Assembly: GCA_951406725.2 (NCBI GenBank)
Contig: OX597838.1
Location: 18,538,001-18,602,000 of the forward strand
Direction of reading: 5' to 3'
From: Octopus vulgaris
Lineage: Eukaryota
Length of the DNA stretch: 64,000 nt
Part shown: positions 13,375-27,502 of the stretch, one piece after another
How positions within the stretch are numbered: the stretch's first letter is position 1
Layout: each line of letters opens with the position of its first letter
The notes under the pieces: generated by a model
The model's input: the letters and a program-made list of their open reading frames with translations, nothing else
What the model was told of the DNA's origin: nothing
Database searches by the model: none
Translations under genes and position numbers: made by a program

Positions 13375-13500
13375 TTCTCTCCTGTGTTCCTTTCTGTGGA
13401 GGAGCGTAGGCTCGAAATGTAAAAGACTTTTTCAATTCCCGAGCGTTATACTAATACATCTGTTTATTGTCTACACCACCTGTCTTCGTCTTTTGTTCTG
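13375..13500 (+). mobile_element. Family E element
   Basis: Homologous to 1028-1172. Confidence 0.75.
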
Positions 13501-13668
13501 GTGATTCCTCTAACTGTATACCTACCTCTAACATTGTATACCATCACAACGTCACGGTTTGAGAATTCACTCAGATAGAGAATATAGGCCAGGAAGAATT
13601 GGTCAAGACAATGAACTACCCACGAAAATTCATAGACATAATTATCCAACCACTTGTAACTCTGTAAG
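13500..13668 (+). pseudogene. Second copy of the PLE linker fragment at 4120-4285
   Basis: Both translate IHSDREYRPGRIGQDNELPTKIHRHNYPT. Confidence 0.8.
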
Positions 13669-13671
13669 TTA

Positions 13672-13886
13672 TTTTTTTACTCTTTTTTTTTTAACTTGTT
13701 TCAGTCATTTGACTGTGACCACGCTAGAGCACCGCCTTTAGTCGAGCAAATCGACTCCGGGACTTATTCTTTGTAAGCCTAGTACTTATTCTATCGGTCT
13801 ATCTTTTGCCGAACCGCTAAGTTACGGGGACGTAAACACACCAGCATCTGTTGTCAAGCGTTGTTGGGGGGACAAACACAGACGCA

Positions 13887-13966
<80 letters not shown>

Positions 13967-14131
13967 CATACGACGGGCTTCTTTAAGTTTCCGTCTACCA
14001 AATCCACTCACAAGGCTTTGGGCGGCCCGAGGCTATAGTAGAAGGCACCTGCCCAAGGTGCCACGCAGTGGGATTGTACCCGGAAGCATGTGGCTGGTAA
14101 GCAAGCTTACCACACAGCCACTCCTGCGCCT
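13672..14131 (-). mobile_element. SINE family A, full length
   Basis: Complete reverse-complement copy. Confidence 0.95.
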
Positions 14132-14401
14132 ATATTGTCTGTATTTGTGTGTATTGCGTGTATTTGTGTACAACAAGCGATCTACCTACACACGCGTCAA
14201 ACAAATGCATTCTGGCACACGCATAAACGCAAACTAAGAATTCAGGAATCACACTTTGGCAAACACATACACACACATCTCCACTCAGAGAATTTCCCTC
14301 ATCATTAGAAAACGCTTTACACTATAACGACAAACCACAATCGAACGTTTAAACAGACAGGCTATAAATACACACGTATTTTTTCCTAGAACCACACATT
14401 A

Positions 14402-14440
<39 letters not shown>

Positions 14441-14654
14441 CGTAATGACTTAGGTTCCATACATGTACACATAAAGTTACACAGACACACACACACATGC
14501 ATATGCACATACATACACACACATACACGAATCTGAGCGTGCACAGATACACACGAGAACCGAGTCTTCGGGTGGATTGCGTCATAAACCCCCGGAAATC
14601 GCATTAGCATAATCTGGAAACAATGAATATGAAAACAGGAACAATACTCACAAT

Positions 14655-14673
14655 AACTGCAACTACTACAACA

Positions 14674-14719
<46 letters not shown>

Positions 14720-14722
14720 GTA

Positions 14723-14777
<55 letters not shown>

Positions 14778-14865
14778 TAATAATAATAATGATAATAATA
14801 ATAATAATAATAACAATAATAACAATAATAATGGTAATAATAATAATAATAATGATGATAATAAT

Positions 14866-14936
<71 letters not shown>
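14655..14936. repeat. (ACT)n then (AAT)n trinucleotide array
   Basis: Direct reading. Confidence 0.97.
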
Positions 14937-14937
<1 letters not shown>

Positions 14938-15360
14938 GGAGTGGCTGCGTGGTAAGTAGCTTGCTTACCAACCACATGGTTCCGGGTTCATTCCCACTGC
15001 GTGACACCTTGGGCGAGTATGTCTTCTACTATAGCCTCGAGTCAACCAAAGCCTTGTGAGTGGATTTGGTAGACGGAAACTGAAAGAAGCCCGTCGTATA
15101 TATGTATATGTGTGTGTGTGTGTGTGTGTGACAACCGATGCTGGTGTGTTTACGTCCCCGTAACTTAGCGGTTCTGCAAAAGAGACCGATAGAATAAATA
15201 CTAGGCTTACAAAGATTAAGTCCTGGGGTCGATTTGCTCTACTAAAGTCGCCCCGAGGCTATAGCAGAAGACACTCGCCCAAGGTGATACGCAGTGGGAC
15301 TGAACCCGGAACCATGTGGTTCGTAAGCAAGCTACTTACCACACAGCCACTCCTATGCCT
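14938..15360. mobile_element. SINE A (+, 14938-15245) fused to an inverted SINE A 5' half (-, 15251-15360)
   Basis: Head ggagtggctgcgtggtaagtagc at 14938 and its reverse complement ending at 15353. Confidence 0.9.
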
Positions 15361-16471
15361 ATTTGGCAACTATTGCTATACGGGGTGGGGGGATGAGTTA
15401 TTGCTAGCAGGTATAATTGTCTCAGGTGGTACACCTACGTTCCTTCAATCAACAGGCAGACTTCGTAAAGACCCCGTCAGTTTAAAACCATCACAAGGTC
15501 CTGTTGCAAGTATTCATAGCCGGTTTTACGGTCCTGACGCAGGGTAACTTTCTTCCACTAGTTCTACAGAAACTTTAAACGATCATGGACACTGCTTTTC
15601 CTTCTGTGACTAACACATTAAAGAATTCAACAAAGCTCTATGTCTCATGTAGAATATAATTATAGCAATATTCTGTAAACAATCAGCTGAACACTGGAAA
15701 ATGCCAGTAAATTTTATAGGTTTTTGCTGTTGTTGTTTTGTTTTGTTTTTGATAATCTTATCTATTTATATTTTCATTTATTTATTTTGCCATTTTCGTT
15801 TCTGTAGAGCGAATGACGTCTTTTGATCTTAATTAATAAGAGTTTTTATTAAATAATTGCTGTGATAGCAACATTAGAAAAAGAAAAGTAACGAAACAAA
15901 AAGAAAACAAACCGCAATATATTGTAGCGATTGATGCAGCTAATTAATTTGTTAGTTTAATGATTCTTTTATGAGGAGATCGATTTGTGTGTTAGGTCAA
16001 AAGTGACGGGTACTGATTGAATGATTGATTGATTGGGAGGTATTACATTAGGGTAGGATGGAAATGGGTGGGATAAAAGTTTTATTCTGTTCTACTTTCG
16101 CATTTTTAATCTATTTACTCGGTAGGTTGGTTATTAAAGGACGGAATGAAGGAACGTAGAGAACTGTAAAACGGATCGCGCGTTGTCTGTATTAAACAAG
16201 ATGGAAGCCTTAATATTTCCGCCATTGTGATTTTAATTAGACTTAGATATCTCGCATTTTGATTCAAAGATATATGCAAATATGCACACACAAAAACATA
16301 TACATATGTATATGTGTGTATGAATGTGTATGAGTATGCGTGCGCGTGTGTGTGAGTGTGTGGCTGTGCATGAGAGTGCAAAATTATGTAAGATTAATAT
16401 ATGTGTGTGTATGTGTGTGTGTGTATTTATATATCATCATCATGACCGTTTATATATATATATATATATAT

Positions 16472-16651
16472 AGGGAGAATTCACGAAAAAAACAAAAGAC
16501 GAAGACAGGTGGTGTAAAGAAAACAAACAGATGTATTAGTATAACACTCAGGAATTGAAAAGGTCTTTTACGTTTCAGGCCTACGCTCTTCCGTAGAAAG
16601 AACCAAGGAGAGAAACAAGGAGAGAAAAAAATGTGTAGTGGCTACCGATCT

Positions 16652-16656
<5 letters not shown>
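16472..16656 (-). mobile_element. Family E element
   Basis: gggagaattcac...gtggctaccgatctatcat, as at 48723-48899; flanked by (TA)n. Confidence 0.8.
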
Positions 16657-16684
<28 letters not shown>

Positions 16685-17470
16685 CGATACACGTACTTTT
16701 CTCGAACTATTCTTTTCCTTCTCTCTGGAATTTTTCCTATTTTCTCTTTCTGACGAAGAGCTATTCTCGAAGCGTCACACTGCCTCTTTTTTCCATCTTA
16801 AACTGTCTTTGAATATTAACCTAAAGTATTAAATGTACACGTCTATTTTAAATTTTACTGTTTTTCCTACATTTTGTTTTTAATTTTAATTTCCCTATAC
16901 ATCCATCTATCCATACATACATTCATATACATACATACATACATACATACATACATACATACATACATACATACATACATACATACATACATACATACTT
17001 TTTTTTTCAGGATTAAGTAGAAAGACAACTGACTGAAAATATGACGTACCTATATATAGATATATACATATATATATATAAAATTTTAAAAACGTGTAGT
17101 AAATAAACAAACGAAACATATACTAAATGCACAGACGCACAGAAAACACAGAAGGTCGCCAATTCTTCATAAATTATCGGCCAGAGGGGTCAAGCGCAAT
17201 TTCAGCCATTATCTAAAATATTGCTTCCACTCTGGAGGCACAGAGAAAAAACTTGCTGGGAATGGGACCTAAACATAACAAAACGAAACGGGCTCGAGAC
17301 GAGCCCTTTAGTGGACGGACAGGGAACAAAAAAATAAACAGAATAAAGGCTTAGGGGCACACGAAGACAACAGTTAATAATGATGATACATATACAACGT
17401 AAAGCCTTGGTGCTGCAAGACAAGACAAAATATATATTTGTATATATATACATACACACACACATACACG

Positions 17471-17528
<58 letters not shown>

Positions 17529-17614
17529 TATACTTATCTACATATATATATGTATATATATATATACTTATCTATATATATACACATATATATGTATATA
17601 TATATATGTATATA

Positions 17615-17651
<37 letters not shown>

Positions 17652-17668
17652 TTATCTATAAATACATA

Positions 17669-17746
<78 letters not shown>

Positions 17747-18099
17747 GTTTTTTTTCATTTGGTTTGCAAGATTCTTGATCTGAATTCGTGATTTCGTGTT
17801 GGGAAAGCCATTACGCCAATATAATAATAACACACGCACCAGTTCAATTCCACTTCTTTATTATTAGTCACTTGGTTAAGCATCTGTCCAACTAACTAAT
17901 CGATCATTTGTTTAATGTATCGATTAAACAGTCAATCGGTTTGTTTGTTCATCAAAGTTCTTTCTTTCCCGTGTGGAACATTTTCAGTCACTCGTGATTA
18001 CCCAACTCCCTTCGATGGGTGCTTTTGTATCTCTGAGACCAGTCTTATGTATGGGTGTAGAAGCTTGTGCGCGTGTGTGTGTGCGTGTGTGCGTGTGCG

Positions 18100-18215
18100 T
18101 GTGCAGGTGGGTGTAATTTACAAGATGAGGGTAAGATTGAAAACAAACGAAATGTTTGTGTGTGTGTGTGTGTGTGTATGCACGCACGTGCGCGTACGAG
18201 CGTGTACGTGTGTGC

Positions 18216-18252
<37 letters not shown>

Positions 18253-18545
18253 TGTGTGTGTATGTGTGTGTGTGTGTGCGTGTGTAGGTGGGTGTAATTT
18301 ACAAGATGAAGGTAAGGTAAAAAACAAACGAAATGTTTGTGTGTGTGTCAGTGTATGCACGCACGTGCGTGTGCGAGCGTGTACGTGCGCGTGTGTGCGT
18401 GTGTGCGTGTGTGAGTGTGCGTGCGTGTGTGAGTGTGTATGTGTGTGTGAGTGTGTTTGGTGTGCGTCTGTGTGAGTGTGTGTTTCTGCAGGTGTGTGTA
18501 GCTTATAAGATGGGGTAAGGTTGGGAAGAAACGAAATGTTTGTGT
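18100..18545. repeat. Three tandem ~190-bp units (aggtgggtgtaatttacaagatga...aaacgaaatgtttg + TG mosaic)
   Basis: Unique core recurs at ~18106, ~18286 and ~18490. Confidence 0.85.
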
Positions 18546-18896
18546 GTGCATGTGTGTGTGCACGTGTGTGTGTGTGCTCGTGTGTGTGTGTGCACGTGTG
18601 CGTGTATGTGTGTGTGCGTATGTGTATGCATACACATGCTTGTGTGTGTGTGTGTGACTGTGGTGGTATGTGTACACGCGCGTGACTGCTTGTATGGAGG
18701 TTTGTGTTTGTTGATGCGTTTGCACAAGCCATCTGTGACGTCTTTCAGGATTCACGGTTCTGTTTTAATCGTTTTATTTTGATCTCATGTCTGTGCTAGA
18801 TTTATGGGTTTACGATAAAGGGTTTGGAGAGTACCTAGAATGTGGGGGTTGGGGTATAGTTCTTTCGTATGAGGAGGATGGGACAGAATAGGGCTG

Positions 18897-18939
<43 letters not shown>

Positions 18940-19153
18940 CGTGTGTATTTTTATGTATGAGTTTCTGTGCCTTTGCGTGTGAGCGTGTGAGCGTGTGCGA
19001 GAATGCGTATGTTCTTGCATCCATGTGTGTGTATGTTTTATCTGCGGCGGAGAGGGTGTGGGTAGAGAAGAGAATAGGGTAGATGTGTGTGCGAGCAGCA
19101 ATGTGTGCATGTGTGTTTATATGAGTGTCAGCGAGCTTACGTGTGTCCGTGTG

Positions 19154-19193
<40 letters not shown>

Positions 19194-19430
19194 CGTGCGA
19201 GAATGCGTGCATTTTCCAGCATCCGTATGTGTGTATGTGGTCTTTCTTGTAGAGGAGGGAGAGGAGAGAATAGGATAGGTATATATGTGTGTGTGTATGT
19301 GTGTGTGTGCGGGTGTGTGATTACGTGTGAATATCTGAGTGTGTATATATGTTTGTGAATGCTCTTGTTTGTGTGGATGTGTGTAAACACGCACACTGGG
19401 ACTCAAGAAGACTCGATCAATATGTGTGTG

Positions 19431-19468
<38 letters not shown>

Positions 19469-19835
19469 CGTGTGAATATATATATATATATATACACACA
19501 CACATATATACGTATACACACACATGCATACACACACACACACACACACGCATGCATACACACACACAGATATATATATAGTACTGTTTTTGTTCTACAA
19601 GTTTCAGACATTGGAATGCCGCCATGCTGTAAAACAGAAGAATCGATAGAGAATCGGTAATTGTTCTGGAGAGTTCTGGAGTGGAATCAACTTTGCCTGT
19701 CACCGTTCTGGGATCGATAAAATAAAATACCAGTCAACTACAGAGACTGATTTCCCGTTTTTCCACTCTCCCTCCTCTTCCTCTATCTCAATTTCCGCCC
19801 TCTCTCCTTCCGTCTGTCTGTCTCTCTCTCTCTCT

Positions 19836-19909
<74 letters not shown>

Positions 19910-20257
19910 CTTTCTGTCTGTCTCTCTCTGAGAATTGGCTGTATTCCGTTGTGACAAAACCATGAAGGATCGTTCACAATCTTCCTCTTCTACAAAAGAG
20001 CTTTTCCCAATTTATCTAAGTCGCTGTTTCCGGTTTTCATACTTCGAGCATAATACGCAACATGAAAATGATGATATATATACACAAGCATACTTACATA
20101 AGCATAAGTGAGTATACATGTGTATATAAATGTGTATGTTCTTATATATGTGTGTGTGTGTGTGTTTGTATGAACGTATATATGTGTACCCACACATAAA
20201 TCTATCTGTCTATCTACCTATCTATTGATCTATCTATTTATCTATCTATCTCTCTGT

Positions 20258-20303
<46 letters not shown>

Positions 20304-21168
20304 AAGCTAAAAACAATAACGAGAAATATTGCTTACTTCGCATATTTCGAAACATTCAAGTACATCTAGTGGGTATAGTTTGATAATATGTGTGTGTGTG
20401 TGTATGTGTGTGCGTCTGTCTTTGTGCGTGTGTGTGCGTCTGTGTGTGTGTGTGTGTGTGTGTGTGCGTATATATATGTATGTATATACACGTTCTCATA
20501 CTTTGAGATGTACTGGCGGAATGTTATTGATTCAGAAAAAGCCCCCAATTTGTGCACAATATTGCCTTCAGAATTTTGACCAGATGAAGCTTTTCATCTT
20601 TTCCCAGCAAAATTCTGGACCGAGAATATTTTCCTAATATTTCTCCAGTTTCTTTCTACTCAGCTTTTTCGAAATCCTTCAATCTTCTCTGTTTCTCTCC
20701 CATCCTTACTCTCCGTTTCTTCTCTACCTTCTCCTCCCGCCGATTGGCGCTACCAGTAATTGTAAGATGACAGGAATATCATAAGTAATACATTCTCTCC
20801 TATCAGCTCGCAGCACACCACTGTCGGGTTTCTGTAGCTGAAGAGGAGATAATCACTCCGAAATGCTTGTATCTCACAGTCTGGGTAGTTGGCACAGCGA
20901 GCTAATTTTCGTGTATTTAAACCATTTGTCTACAGCGAGAAATATTCTCCATGACAAAACACAGTGAGTGACTTTCTTACGGGTTTGAATACCTTCAAAG
21001 TATATTTGCACTGGCAGTAACTTTGTAATATCTGCTTTTACAGTCACATGACTCTAGATATGAGAGAGTATTTCAATAGATCTGTACGAATGAATAATTA
21101 TGTGTACAAGTGTTTACGCCTATAAGAAGTTGTCTGAGAGTATGTCCAAAGACGATAGTACATAAATG

Positions 21169-21203
<35 letters not shown>

Positions 21204-21211
21204 GTTGAAAA

Positions 21212-21252
<41 letters not shown>

Positions 21253-21329
21253 TGTACATGTATATATATATCTCATTTCATTTTATATATTGATCACATA
21301 CATATATAGATCACATACTATATGATCAC

Positions 21330-21768
21330 ATACATGTTTCATTGGACTGCAGCCTTGGGTGGGGGGGCACCTATTCGAAGAAGTGTAATCGAACCAGTCG
21401 ACTCCAGTACTGATTTTTGTGAGCATGGTACTTACTCTGTCGGTCTCCTTTGGCAAATCGCTCCGTTACGAGGACATAAACACACTAACATCGGTTATCA
21501 AGTGGTGTTGGAGGATACAGAAAGAAGCACAAACACAGATATATATATATATATGTATATATATATAGAGAGAGAGTGTGTGAGTGAGAGAGAGAGGGGT
21601 GGAGATACAACGGGCTTCTTCCAGTTTCCATCCACCAAAACCGCTCACAAAGCTTTGTTCGGCTAGAGGCTAAAGTAGAAGATACTTGCCCAAGGCAGCA
21701 CGCAGTAGGACTGAACCCGGAACCATGTGGCTGAGGAGCAAACTTCTCACCAAGCAACCAGCCACGCC
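21330..21768 (-). mobile_element. SINE family A, diverged
   Basis: cttgcccaagg, ggactgaacccggaaccatgtgg and tail remnants. Confidence 0.85.
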
Positions 21769-21786
21769 CATACATACATACATACA

Positions 21787-21822
<36 letters not shown>

Positions 21823-22002
21823 TATATATGTGTGTGTGTATATATATGTATGTATATATATATGTACATATATATATATGTATGTATGTATATATGTATA
21901 TACATATATATATGTATATATATATATGTATGTATATATGTATATACATATATATATGTAAATATGTATGTATACAAATACATATGCATATGTATGTATA
22001 TA

Positions 22003-22103
<101 letters not shown>

Positions 22104-22232
22104 ATGTATATGTATATATGTATGTATATATGTATGTATGTATCTACATGTATACGTATGTCTGTATGTACAGATATATACGTACAGACATATACGTATA
22201 TACAGACATATACGTATGTCCGTATGTACAAC

Positions 22233-22427
22233 CACGTGTATATCGTTGGCGCTTTTCTTCCTCCGTCGTCTCTTCTTTTGGACTTTCGTCTGAAGAACAG
22301 CTTTGCTCGAAACGTAAAATCCTTTTTCTTTCCTTTCCTGAGCGTCTGATAATACAGTACTTGTACCACGCCCTCGCGTTGTTTTTTTTTTCTCTGTCCT
22401 GTCTGTTCTTCTTTTGTTTGGATTCAG
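22233..22427 (+). mobile_element. Family D element with CTGAAGA core
   Basis: Homologous to 39691-39906; CTGAAGA A CAGC TTT GCTC GAAAC GTA. Confidence 0.75.
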
Positions 22428-22507
<80 letters not shown>

Positions 22508-22944
22508 ATATGCATGCATATATTCTCTAAATATTAAACTCCGTCGGTGAAGAATCAATAGATTCATTATTAACATTTCCCACCACTACCGCCACCACCA
22601 CCACCCACCCACCTTACCTCCACGTATTTCTATCACCATAACGTTATTTGTACAGTTGCTATGGTAATGATAAAAAAAAAGAAAGAAAAAAATTAAAGAA
22701 ACAGAATGCAAAATTTCTCCGTGGCCACCACCACCCATTCCATTGCTTCCACCACCACCACGCGCAATCGCATTTGTCTTAGAAGCCTTAGCTACTTTCG
22801 AACAATGAAATATAAAGACAGTATTTAAAACAATACAAAGAAAAAGAAAAAAAACAAAAAAAAAAACAAAAAACAAAAAAAGGTAGCATTTTCTTTTAAA
22901 AGTACACCAAATCTCTACAGGAAGAAATTCTTCCGCTGCTGGCT

Positions 22945-23002
22945 ATGAACTACAACTACTACCTCTGCTGCTGCTGCTGCTGCTGCTACTACTGCCGCTG
23001 TA

Positions 23003-23051
<49 letters not shown>

Positions 23052-23124
23052 TTACTACTACTACTACTACAACTACTACTACTACTACTCCAACTGTTGC
23101 TACTACAGCTTCAACTGTAGCTGT

Positions 23125-23161
<37 letters not shown>

Positions 23162-23240
23162 GCTGCTGTTGCTGTTGCTGCTGCTACTGCTACTACTGCT
23201 GCTGCTACTGCTGCTGTTGTTGTTGTTGCTGCTACTACTA
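22945..23240. repeat. (CTA)n/(CTG)n/(TTG)n trinucleotide mosaic
   Basis: Direct reading; explains the poly-Y/poly-C ORF. Confidence 0.95.
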
Positions 23241-23297
23241 TAACAGACTTACTATACCAGACTTACGCTCGCACGATCCAGAAAACCGTAGTATTGA

Positions 23298-23461
23298 GCA
23301 GCAGGTGTGGCTGTGTGGTTAGAAGCTTGCTTTCCAACCACACTTGGTTCCGAGTTCAGTCCCACTCCGTGCCACCTTGGGCAATCGTCTTCTACTATAG
23401 CCTGGGGTTGACCAAAGCCTTGTGAGTGGATTTCGTAGGCGGAAATTAAAAGAAGCCCATC

Positions 23462-23465
<4 letters not shown>
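23298..23465 (+). mobile_element. SINE family A 5' half
   Basis: gtggctgtgtggttagaagcttgc...ccttgtgagtggattt. Confidence 0.9.
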
Positions 23466-23500
<35 letters not shown>

Positions 23501-23501
<1 letters not shown>

Positions 23502-24335
23502 TCAAAATAAGCAACAAGAATGACTCTGGTAATTTGGTACGATCGTTTCGAACTACATCATTTTATTAAATGTTGTAAGTATTACAACAGTTTTAAAATG
23601 CTGAGCACACATCAGCCAATTATAGAGGTTTTCCATTAATACAAAAATTTTCATATCAAGTGGCAACATTATAGAGAAGGTAGATATATAGACAAAGATG
23701 TGGATTTAAATTTTAAGAACATTTGAGGTAGTGGAGCCCATCAACTGACTGACTAAGATTCGGTTGCTCCAGACTACTGTAAGATTCTGAGATGGAAGAA
23801 TAAGTGGAAGGAGACAATAAAGATTTTCTAAATATAGAAATGGGGTAAAGGGGATTTCAAAGCTCCATATAAGGAATTTATGTAGAAGACAGCATTGTCA
23901 CTACTGAATACCAATTACAACTATTTGATGAACAGATTCGGCGTTAGGAGAACTAGGTCAATGTCAAGTGGTCACAATAACATTCACAGAGAGTGCAGAG
24001 ACCTTACAAACTCTATGCACATCATCACAACAGTTGATCAATAAGTTCCAAGTACTATGACACGTTAGAATAAAGGAAAAAATACAAATCTAAAATTTAT
24101 TCAATTTGGAGAAAAAGACTATCACTTATTATGAGTAGGCATAGTACTTATTAACTGGGGGAAAAAGCATTATTAATCAAGTGAACCTATTATGGGTCAA
24201 AATATATACAAAGAAAGATGGATGAGGGAAAATTAAAGAAAGAAAATATTCAAAGAATTTAGTAGAATGTGATATTTTATAATATGATGGGAGGTGATTT
24301 AGAAAAGTAAATTATTCAAATTTCATGGATAGTGA
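23501..24335 (-). mobile_element. Family G PLE-like remnant with hammerhead motif at 23534-23619
   Basis: Minus strand: ttgg CTGATGT stemII GAAAC GATC GTA ccaa. Immediately upstream ENFCINGKPL* resembles the PLE GIY-YIG terminus E..FI..KP.LN (weak). Upstream boundary is a guess. Confidence 0.55.
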
Positions 24336-24727
24336 GTTGATAGTATGGTGCCCTATAACGTACTACACTGTTGTATACCTTAGTGGATTTCTGTATGAGC
24401 GGGCATACGAGCACCATACAGCCTAAGCGAGGGCGTTTACATATCCCTATCTGTTAACGGTTATGTCTAATACTTCTTTCGCTATATTGTGTATTAGTTA
24501 CTTTTTGCATCTGTTATTTATCATTGATCTTATATAAATGTAGTCGATTTACACCCTTCTACAATTTTGCTGGCCTTGTTTCAAAATTTAAAACCAATAT
24601 CTTAAAATATTCCTCATCACAGCTTTAGATTATATTGCACTACAACAGCATGCTATACACTACATATTTCGTTTTTGGATTTGGTTTGCAAGATTCTTTA
24701 TGTGAGTTGAAGCGTATTCTGGTTTTT

Positions 24728-24914
24728 TCTGGGGAGAGTCATTTTCTTTTTGTGCCTTATAATTTAACACACTCACCACTAAAATTTCTAATTATTCCAT
24801 TTTTTTTTAATTTTAAAAATAAAAATAAACAAGTGGAAATTTTACCGGTGAGTGTGTTAAATTATAAGACACAAAAAAAAATGACTCTCCCAGACACAAC
24901 AGAATATATCTCTT

Positions 24915-24952
<38 letters not shown>

Positions 24953-25042
24953 AAGAGATATATTCTGTTGTGTCTGGGAGAGTCATTTTCTTTTTGTGTC
25001 TTATAATTTAACACACTCACCGGTAAAATTTCCACTTGTTTA
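24728..25042. repeat. Near-perfect inverted repeat (~95-bp arms, 24826-25042) centred on (TA)n, plus a third partial copy at 24728-24790
   Basis: aaacaagtggaaattttaccggtgagtgtgttaaattataagacac...cagacacaacagaatatatctcttattata, mirrored almost exactly after the TA run. Confidence 0.95.
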
Positions 25043-25911
25043 TATATATATATATATGAAATTTCGAATTTAGTTCACGGACCCCAGTGTACTACCTTTG
25101 CGGACCACCAGGGGTCCACTGCTCTACACGGCTTTGCAGTACTCTATATAATCCATAGATTATATACACCAACACTATTCACCCCAGCACTACATTACAA
25201 TACGACACAGTTTCTTAAGCCTGTTCTATTAAGCGAATATCAATCACATCGTAACAGAAAAACAAAAACAAATACTGTTTACCACAACAGCAACAACAAG
25301 AACAATAACATCACGGACAACAAAAGAGACTTCGATATTAAGAACGCCACAACAAACAAAACGGAGCACAATTAAAGCAATTATATTAAACTTTTGTCGC
25401 TGTTGTTCTTGTTCTTCTTGTGGCTGTTAAGGTCGATACTGCCTTTGTCTCTGTTGCTGCTGTTGTTGTTGTTGTTGTTGTAGCTGCTGCTGCTGCTGCG
25501 GTTACTGCTTTTTCCTGATGTTCTTGTTGTTGTTGTTGTTGGTGGTGAATTTATTCATGTTGCGGTGGTGGTTCTTGTTATTGTTTGAACTGTTGTCATT
25601 AATGACCAAATCCATTGTTAGCAATAAACATAAGATTTATTTCCTCTTCATCAGTGTAATTAGCTAAACTAATTATTTTTACGGAGCTAATTAAACGGTT
25701 GATGGATTTGGCAGAAATCTCGTTTGGTTTCTAGACGCGTCTTTGTGCTTTACTGCTGAAGTTTGTTTCTGTGTGGCAAAATACCCGACAAACAGTTGCT
25801 GTGTACTCAAACTACCCGACAAACCATGTTCAAATTATACACGAATACCTTCATACATAAAAGGAAAAAACAATGAGTGCATTATATCTTAGCGCAGAAA
25901 CAGCTGTAAGC

Positions 25912-26039
25912 TAGCGTGGTTGGGTGGTAAGAAGCTTGCTTCCCAACCACATGGTTCCAAGTTCAGTCCCACTGCCTTGCGCAAATATCTTTTACTATAG
26001 CCACAGGCAGACCCGACGGTAACTGAAAGATGCCTGTTG

Positions 26040-26083
<44 letters not shown>

Positions 26084-26652
26084 AATATATTTGTGTGTGT
26101 GTTTGTGTGTCCCCACCATTACTTGACAACACACATTGGTGTGTTTAATTCCAGTAAGTTAGCGGTTCGGCAAAAGAGACCGATGGAATAAGTGGAAAGC
26201 TTAGAAAGAATAAGTCTTGGGGGGTCGATTTGTTCGACTAAAGGTGGTGCTCCAGCATGGCCGCAGTCAAATGACTGAAAAACGTGAAAGAAAAATAAAG
26301 AATAGAAGAAAATGTAATAAAGTTCATTGCATAATTTCTAGTTCCATTGTCGCTTGTGAGTGGATTTGGTAGGCGGAAACTGAAAGAAGCCCGTCGTATA
26401 TATGTATATATATATATATGCGTGTGTGTGTTTGTGTGTCTGTGTGTGTCCCCCCCCCCTAGCGTTGCTTGACAACCGATGCTGGTGTGTTTATGTCCCC
26501 GTTACTTAGCGGTTCGGTAAAAGAGACCGATAGAATAAGTACTGGGCTTACAAAAGAATAAGTCCCGGGGGTCGAGTTGCTCAATTAAAGGCGGTGCTCC
26601 AGCATGGCCGCAGTCAAATGACTGAAACAAGTAAAAGAGTAAAAGAGTAAAG
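25912..26652 (+). mobile_element. Two tandem SINE A copies (25912-26305; 5'-truncated 26354-26652)
   Basis: Two tails gctccagcatggccgcagtcaaatgactgaaa. Confidence 0.9.
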
Positions 26653-26829
26653 AGTATATATACATACAACCTTGGTATTTCCTCCGTCTCCTGTTTCTGA
26701 CGAAGAGCTTTGCTCAAAACATAAAATACTACCTTTCTTCTCTTCCCAAATCGTCTGCTAATACTTGCATGTATCACGTTCTCCATGTTGTTGCTTTTTC
26801 TTGTGTTTATTCATCGTTTTGGGGGGAAT

Positions 26830-26889
<60 letters not shown>

Positions 26890-26940
26890 CTAAACTGGCA
26901 AAATGACCATTCCGAAATATAACAATTTATATATATATAG

Positions 26941-26983
<43 letters not shown>

Positions 26984-26984
26984 A

Positions 26985-27019
<35 letters not shown>

Positions 27020-27020
27020 G

Positions 27021-27080
<60 letters not shown>

Positions 27081-27430
27081 TTTATGTAGTATTAATTCAA
27101 TTGTTCAAAAATTATAAGCGCATGTTTACGCCACTATATATCCCCAGCATTCTATAATGCAACTGTATATTCACAAATTAGTGCAAATAGAGAAAGCAAC
27201 CTCATCAGATCAATAGATCATGGCTACATCTACAATTCAATTCTAGATATATACAAAAAATTCACCACACACTGTATGGAAGGCCGAATCTGGACAAGAG
27301 CACTGTAATTTGGCCAGTAAAAGGAAAACAACAAAGCAAGGAAATTATTGCGGGGACATATTGTGTTGTTCTTTACAGGAATATTTCCCATATGAATGCA
27401 CCAAGATCAATGAAGTCCAGTATTATGTTT

Positions 27431-27502
<72 letters not shown>

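Noticed and set aside
22945-23322. Cys/Tyr-rich ORF
   Set aside because: Trinucleotide microsatellite running into a SINE.
27115-27215. CTGATGA...TAAACATGCG on the minus strand
   Set aside because: Too many core and stem mismatches to call a hammerhead.
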